A stretch of 36,000 bases of DNA, from positions 1-36,000 of IMG/VR virus record IMGVR_UViG_3300002092_000018; one strand, 5' to 3'. This stretch comes from a virus. Below the pieces are notes generated by a model, which worked only from the letters and a program-made list of their open reading frames with translations, had not been told where the DNA came from and did not search any database. This document shows positions 32,679-36,000 of this stretch, piece after piece. The position numbers and the translations under genes are program-made. Within the stretch, counting starts at the first letter, position 1, and every line of letters begins with the position of its first letter.

Positions 32679-34026
32679 AGCACTCAATAGCGCACTTGGG
32701 CTTGATATGTCTGAAGTGGCGCAGCTTCTTCGCAAGAAAGGGCGGGGTAAAGATACCGTGCTGGCGCACATTACGCCCAAAGAAGCTGCGCTGCTCAAGC
32801 GGCGCGGCGGCAGGGGTTCCATCAACCCAAATACGGGACTGCCCGAGTTCGATGACAGCGAGTTTGGCTTTGTGGACAACTTTGATTCCGGCTACACGCC
32901 TGTAGACTCCTATGGTGGCGGCGGGACCGATTGGGGCAACGGTGGCGGCGTTCCAATGAACATCAATATCCCGCAGCAGCAAGCGGGTCCATCCTCGACT
33001 GTCGATTGGTCCCAACAATACGACCCATCACAGGCAGGGCAGGGCGGAGTTGCGCCTGAACTTTCCGGGTATTCTGCGCCAGCACCTTCCGCAGATGCGT
33101 CATACGATTCTTTTGGCAATCCCGTACAGCAAGGATCGGCGGCAGCGACAAGCGCGGACGTTATGAGTCCGAATGCCCCTGCAAGTCAATTTCAAGACTA
33201 CAACGCGCCTCCTGCGGCTTCCCCGGCTGCGGGTGGCGGCGCACAGCAAGGCAGCGGGTCAGGCTGGTTGCAGACGCTTGCAAGTGCGCTAGGCACAACC
33301 GTTGCAGGACTTGCCAAAGCTGGCGTTCTCAGCGGCACAGCGGCACTTGGCGCGGCACAGGGTCAACAGTCTGCGGCACAAGGGCAGAAAGCAGCGGATC
33401 AGGTTGGCGCACTTGCCCCGGTTGCGGCAAATCGAGGCACGGTTGCGGCAACGGGTCTTGCCAATATTGCGGCTGCAACCCAACAAGCCGGAAATGCCGC
33501 TTCGCAAGCCGTGTCCGCAGTTGGACAGCCCATCAAAGACGTTGGGACCACGATGCTTCAAACGGCACAGGGCGGCGGCTTGACTCCGGCTGACCTTCAG
33601 GCGTTGGACATCCTTCGCGCACGGGGACTGCAAGACATTTCCAAGCGCGGCGGCGTTGGCGCAATGCAAGAGGGAGTTGCGGAATCTTCGGCGCGGTCCA
33701 CGATGGGACAGCGGGAGTTGGATCAAGCACTTGCGACATACAACCAAGGCGCACAGTACGACTTGGCGGCGCAGCAGATCAAACTCGCGCAAGACAACCT
33801 TGCAAGTCAGTATTACTCAAGCGCGATTTCAACCGCGATGTCACAAGCCAACTTTTCGGATGGGTACACAACCCAAGCGATCATGCTTGCTTTGCAAAAC
33901 GATCAGGTCACGGCACAGAACCTTCAAAAGCTGTATTCGTCATTGGCAAGCATTGCATTCGGCGGCGGCACAGGAAACGGCGCGATTACGATCAACACGA
34001 CCCCCGCTGCGCCGACCACGACATAA
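32671..34026 (+). CDS. Internal virion / ejection protein 2, 451 aa
   Basis: The N-terminal motif DTVLAHITPKEAALLKRRGGRGSINPNTGLPEF is one I recall as recurrent in podovirus internal proteins. The remainder is Gln/Ala/Gly-rich. Confidence 0.6.
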   Translation: MSKALNSALGLDMSEVAQLLRKKGRGKDTVLAHITPKEAALLKRRGGRGSINPNTGLPEFDDSEFGFVDNFDSGYTPVDSYGGGGTDWGNGGGVPMNINIPQQQAGPSSTVDWSQQYDPSQAGQGGVAPELSGYSAPAPSADASYDSFGNPVQQGSAAATSADVMSPNAPASQFQDYNAPPAASPAAGGGAQQGSGSGWLQTLASALGTTVAGLAKAGVLSGTAALGAAQGQQSAAQGQKAADQVGALAPVAANRGTVAATGLANIAAATQQAGNAASQAVSAVGQPIKDVGTTMLQTAQGGGLTPADLQALDILRARGLQDISKRGGVGAMQEGVAESSARSTMGQRELDQALATYNQGAQYDLAAQQIKLAQDNLASQYYSSAISTAMSQANFSDGYTTQAIMLALQNDQVTAQNLQKLYSSLASIAFGGGTGNGAITINTTPAAPTTT

Positions 34027-34035
34027 GGAGCGATC

Positions 34036-35547
34036 ATGGCTGAAGAAGTTCTATCCCAAGCACTCAATGCGGATATGCCCCGGTATCCGGTTGATGTTCA
34101 ACGCGCACTCGACTTGGGCGCAAAGAACGCAGAGGACAAAGCCGGGATCGAAGCAAATGTTGCTCAGAAGCAGACGGAGTTGATGACCCCTGCTTACGAT
34201 AAATATCAGGGCAAGATTGACCAGACACAGCAACAGCTTTCGGACATTGGACAGCAGCAACAAAAGCCGTTTGAGGTCCCCAAGGAAACGGCGGCGGATT
34301 TCGCGCAGCTTGGCGGCTTGGTGGCTGTCATCGGCGCAATGCTTGGAACGTCAGGCAAGATGTCTGCCAACAACGTGCTTGCCGCAATCACGGGGACGCT
34401 TGAGGGATACAAGTCCGGGCGCAAAGATGTCATTGCAAATTCGATCAAAGAGTTTGATACGAACATGAAGCGTCTTGCCGCAATGTCGCAGAACGCATCC
34501 GCGCAACTGGAACTTTACACAAAGTCCCTTGCGGTTGATAAGGACAAGGCGGCGCAAGTCCTCGCGCAATACAAGGCAAACCTGTACAAAGGTGTCGCGG
34601 GACAGGACTACAAAGCCAGTACCGCAATGGAAGCAATCAAGACATCGAACGAAATCAAGCGGCTTGGTCAACAGGCTGCGGAACTGTCGCAGCGGGTAAA
34701 CGAGTTCAATACACGGGAATTGCTTGGTAGTAAGTTGTGGGACCCGGAAGCGAAAGCATGGAAGGGCTACAACCAAAAGACGAAACAATACGAAGTCATC
34801 CCCGGAAGCGACAACCTTGTTACCCCGGCATCGACAACCCCACGCGCAAGCGGCGGCGGCTCTCTTGCTGCGCGTTATGCCTACAACATGGATGAAGCGT
34901 TTGCACAGGCTGCAACGGACGTTCTCAACGTGGCGGCAAGTCCCGCAGATACCGTCATGGGATCGTTTGCTGGAATGTCGGGCAAGTCGGGAGAGTCGCT
35001 TGTCACTTCCCTGTCAACGACATTGAGCCGCAACATTACGCCAGAGGACCAGCGGTTGATGCAGCTTATTGTCACGGGCTTGGATCAACACATGGCACGG
35101 GCGTTGGGCGGCGGTTACGCTAATTCCTCTGCCAGCAAGATCATTGACGCATACAAGGAGCAATTGCCGAGAGAAGGCGACTCCCCTGCGGTTACTGCGA
35201 TGTTCCTTGCGCGGATCAAGCAGGAACTTGGCGTGTTTGCCAAAGAGTTCAAGGGTCATCCCGGCGCGAACGACACTTACTTGCGGAATCAGGGCGAGTA
35301 CATGGACGCAATCAACAAGGCAATTCCTTTCAGCGTTCAGGACGTTCTCGCTGCGACTCGCGGCAACGCACAAACGAAGTCACAAGCGTTTTCATTCCTT
35401 GCCGGGTCCCCGAGCAATATCCCGCTGCCCGGATCAGAACAGCAAGGCGGCGGACAGTCCACGCAACGCGCAATGCTCAATGGGCGCGTGATCGTTGTTC
35501 GCGGCGGCAAGTGGGTTTATGAAGATACGGGACAAGAGGCGAAATAA
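34036..35547 (+). CDS. Internal virion / ejection protein 3, 503 aa
   Basis: It has a consensus SD, AAGGAG. The composition looks like long helices, and there is a hydrophobic segment FAQLGGLVAVIGAMLG. Confidence 0.55.
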   Translation: MAEEVLSQALNADMPRYPVDVQRALDLGAKNAEDKAGIEANVAQKQTELMTPAYDKYQGKIDQTQQQLSDIGQQQQKPFEVPKETAADFAQLGGLVAVIGAMLGTSGKMSANNVLAAITGTLEGYKSGRKDVIANSIKEFDTNMKRLAAMSQNASAQLELYTKSLAVDKDKAAQVLAQYKANLYKGVAGQDYKASTAMEAIKTSNEIKRLGQQAAELSQRVNEFNTRELLGSKLWDPEAKAWKGYNQKTKQYEVIPGSDNLVTPASTTPRASGGGSLAARYAYNMDEAFAQAATDVLNVAASPADTVMGSFAGMSGKSGESLVTSLSTTLSRNITPEDQRLMQLIVTGLDQHMARALGGGYANSSASKIIDAYKEQLPREGDSPAVTAMFLARIKQELGVFAKEFKGHPGANDTYLRNQGEYMDAINKAIPFSVQDVLAATRGNAQTKSQAFSFLAGSPSNIPLPGSEQQGGGQSTQRAMLNGRVIVVRGGKWVYEDTGQEAK

Positions 35548-36000
35548 TGGCTGACGAAACGCTACCACTTCCCCCCGGCGCAACGGCGATTGCTGACACG
35601 CCACCTTTGCCCGAGGGCGCAACTGCGGCTCCCCCGCTGCCCCCCGGCGCAAAGCCTTTTGGCGAATCGACTCAGCCCAAAGGCGGCGTTCCTGCCGCGC
35701 CTCAAAACAATTGGTTCACCACGCCGACAAGCAAGAAGCCGGGGTTGCTTGAGCGCGGGAAAAAGGTTGCTGAAGAGGCGGGGATTGGCGGCGCGATCGG
35801 GTTTTTTGCTCCCGAATTAACCTCTATGGCTGGCGTTGCCGCATCTGCATTTCCGCTGACTGCTCCGCTTGGTCCCCCGTTGCTGATGACAGGTTCAGCA
35901 ATGCGTGGAAGTCGGCTTGCACAAGTCGGCATTGGCGCATTGGCTGGCGGCGGCGGGGAAGTGGGCGCACAGATTGCCGAAGCATACGGACAGCCAGAGA
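35547..36000 (+). CDS. N-terminal part of the 891-aa internal virion protein that continues at 2..2305
   Basis: The ATG overlaps the upstream stop (TAATG). No stop occurs before the window end, and the frame is continuous through the 83-bp overlap. The N-terminus has three 12-aa repeats containing PLP[PE]GA[TK]. Confidence 0.7.
   Translation, partial: MADETLPLPPGATAIADTPPLPEGATAAPPLPPGAKPFGESTQPKGGVPAAPQNNWFTTPTSKKPGLLERGKKVAEEAGIGGAIGFFAPELTSMAGVAASAFPLTAPLGPPLLMTGSAMRGSRLAQVGIGALAGGGGEVGAQIAEAYGQPE
35918..36000. repeat. Junction overlap, copy B (identical to 1-83)
   Basis: Base-by-base comparison of both window ends gives 83/83 identity. Confidence 0.95.

Larger units (their letters stand above)
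1..35917. mobile_element. One complete genome unit of a tailed (podovirus-like) bacteriophage
   Basis: The gene content is entirely phage: terminase, portal, capsid, adaptor/nozzle, fibres, holin/endolysin and a recombination module. There are no flanking host genes. Bases 1-83 repeat exactly at 35918-36000. Confidence 0.85.

Overview
The window is one complete unit of a tailed, podovirus-like bacteriophage genome. Bases 1-83 are identical to 35918-36000, so the unit length is 35,917 bp. The assembly is therefore circular, circularly permuted or terminally redundant. The ORF listed as 23..2305 is really the C-terminal part of an 891-aa protein that starts at 35547.

The genome has two arms that diverge from a 525-bp AT-rich control region (13933-14457). 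They converge on a shared hairpin at 3971-3992.

Leftward arm (minus strand, 13932 down to 3986):
- It opens with an ArdC-like antirestriction protein.
- About 12 small early genes follow. They include several Cys4 mini-proteins and a signal-peptide-bearing 6-Cys peptide.
- An intrinsic terminator plus a near-consensus sigma70 promoter come next (9405-9834).
- A recombination module follows: YqaJ/lambda-type exonuclease, RecT-like annealase, a 97-aa protein ending in the SSB tip motif DDDIPF, and a small PD-(D/E)xK-like nuclease.
- The arm ends with a separately punctuated cassette of a 125-aa protein, a GT-A glycosyltransferase and a class I SAM methyltransferase.

Rightward arm (plus strand, 14458 through the junction to 3972):
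- Small genes, large terminase, an HTH protein, a zinc-ribbon protein and the portal.
- An unusual gap holding a 13-codon polycationic micro-ORF and strong hairpins.
- A Pro/Gly/Met-repeat protein, a scaffold-like protein, the major capsid protein and two beta-rich decoration-like proteins.
- A T7 gp11/gp12-like adaptor and nozzle, where the nozzle carries a four-repeat GxGY insertion.
- A glycine-rich fibre, a CBM/LamG-like fibre and four large low-complexity internal or ejection proteins.
- A lysis cassette with a GTA-type 3-TM holin and a GH108 endolysin.

I could not recognise a DNA polymerase, primase, helicase, phage RNA polymerase, integrase, repressor, tRNA or CRISPR array. All product calls come from my own motif recognition and gene order. 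No database search was run.
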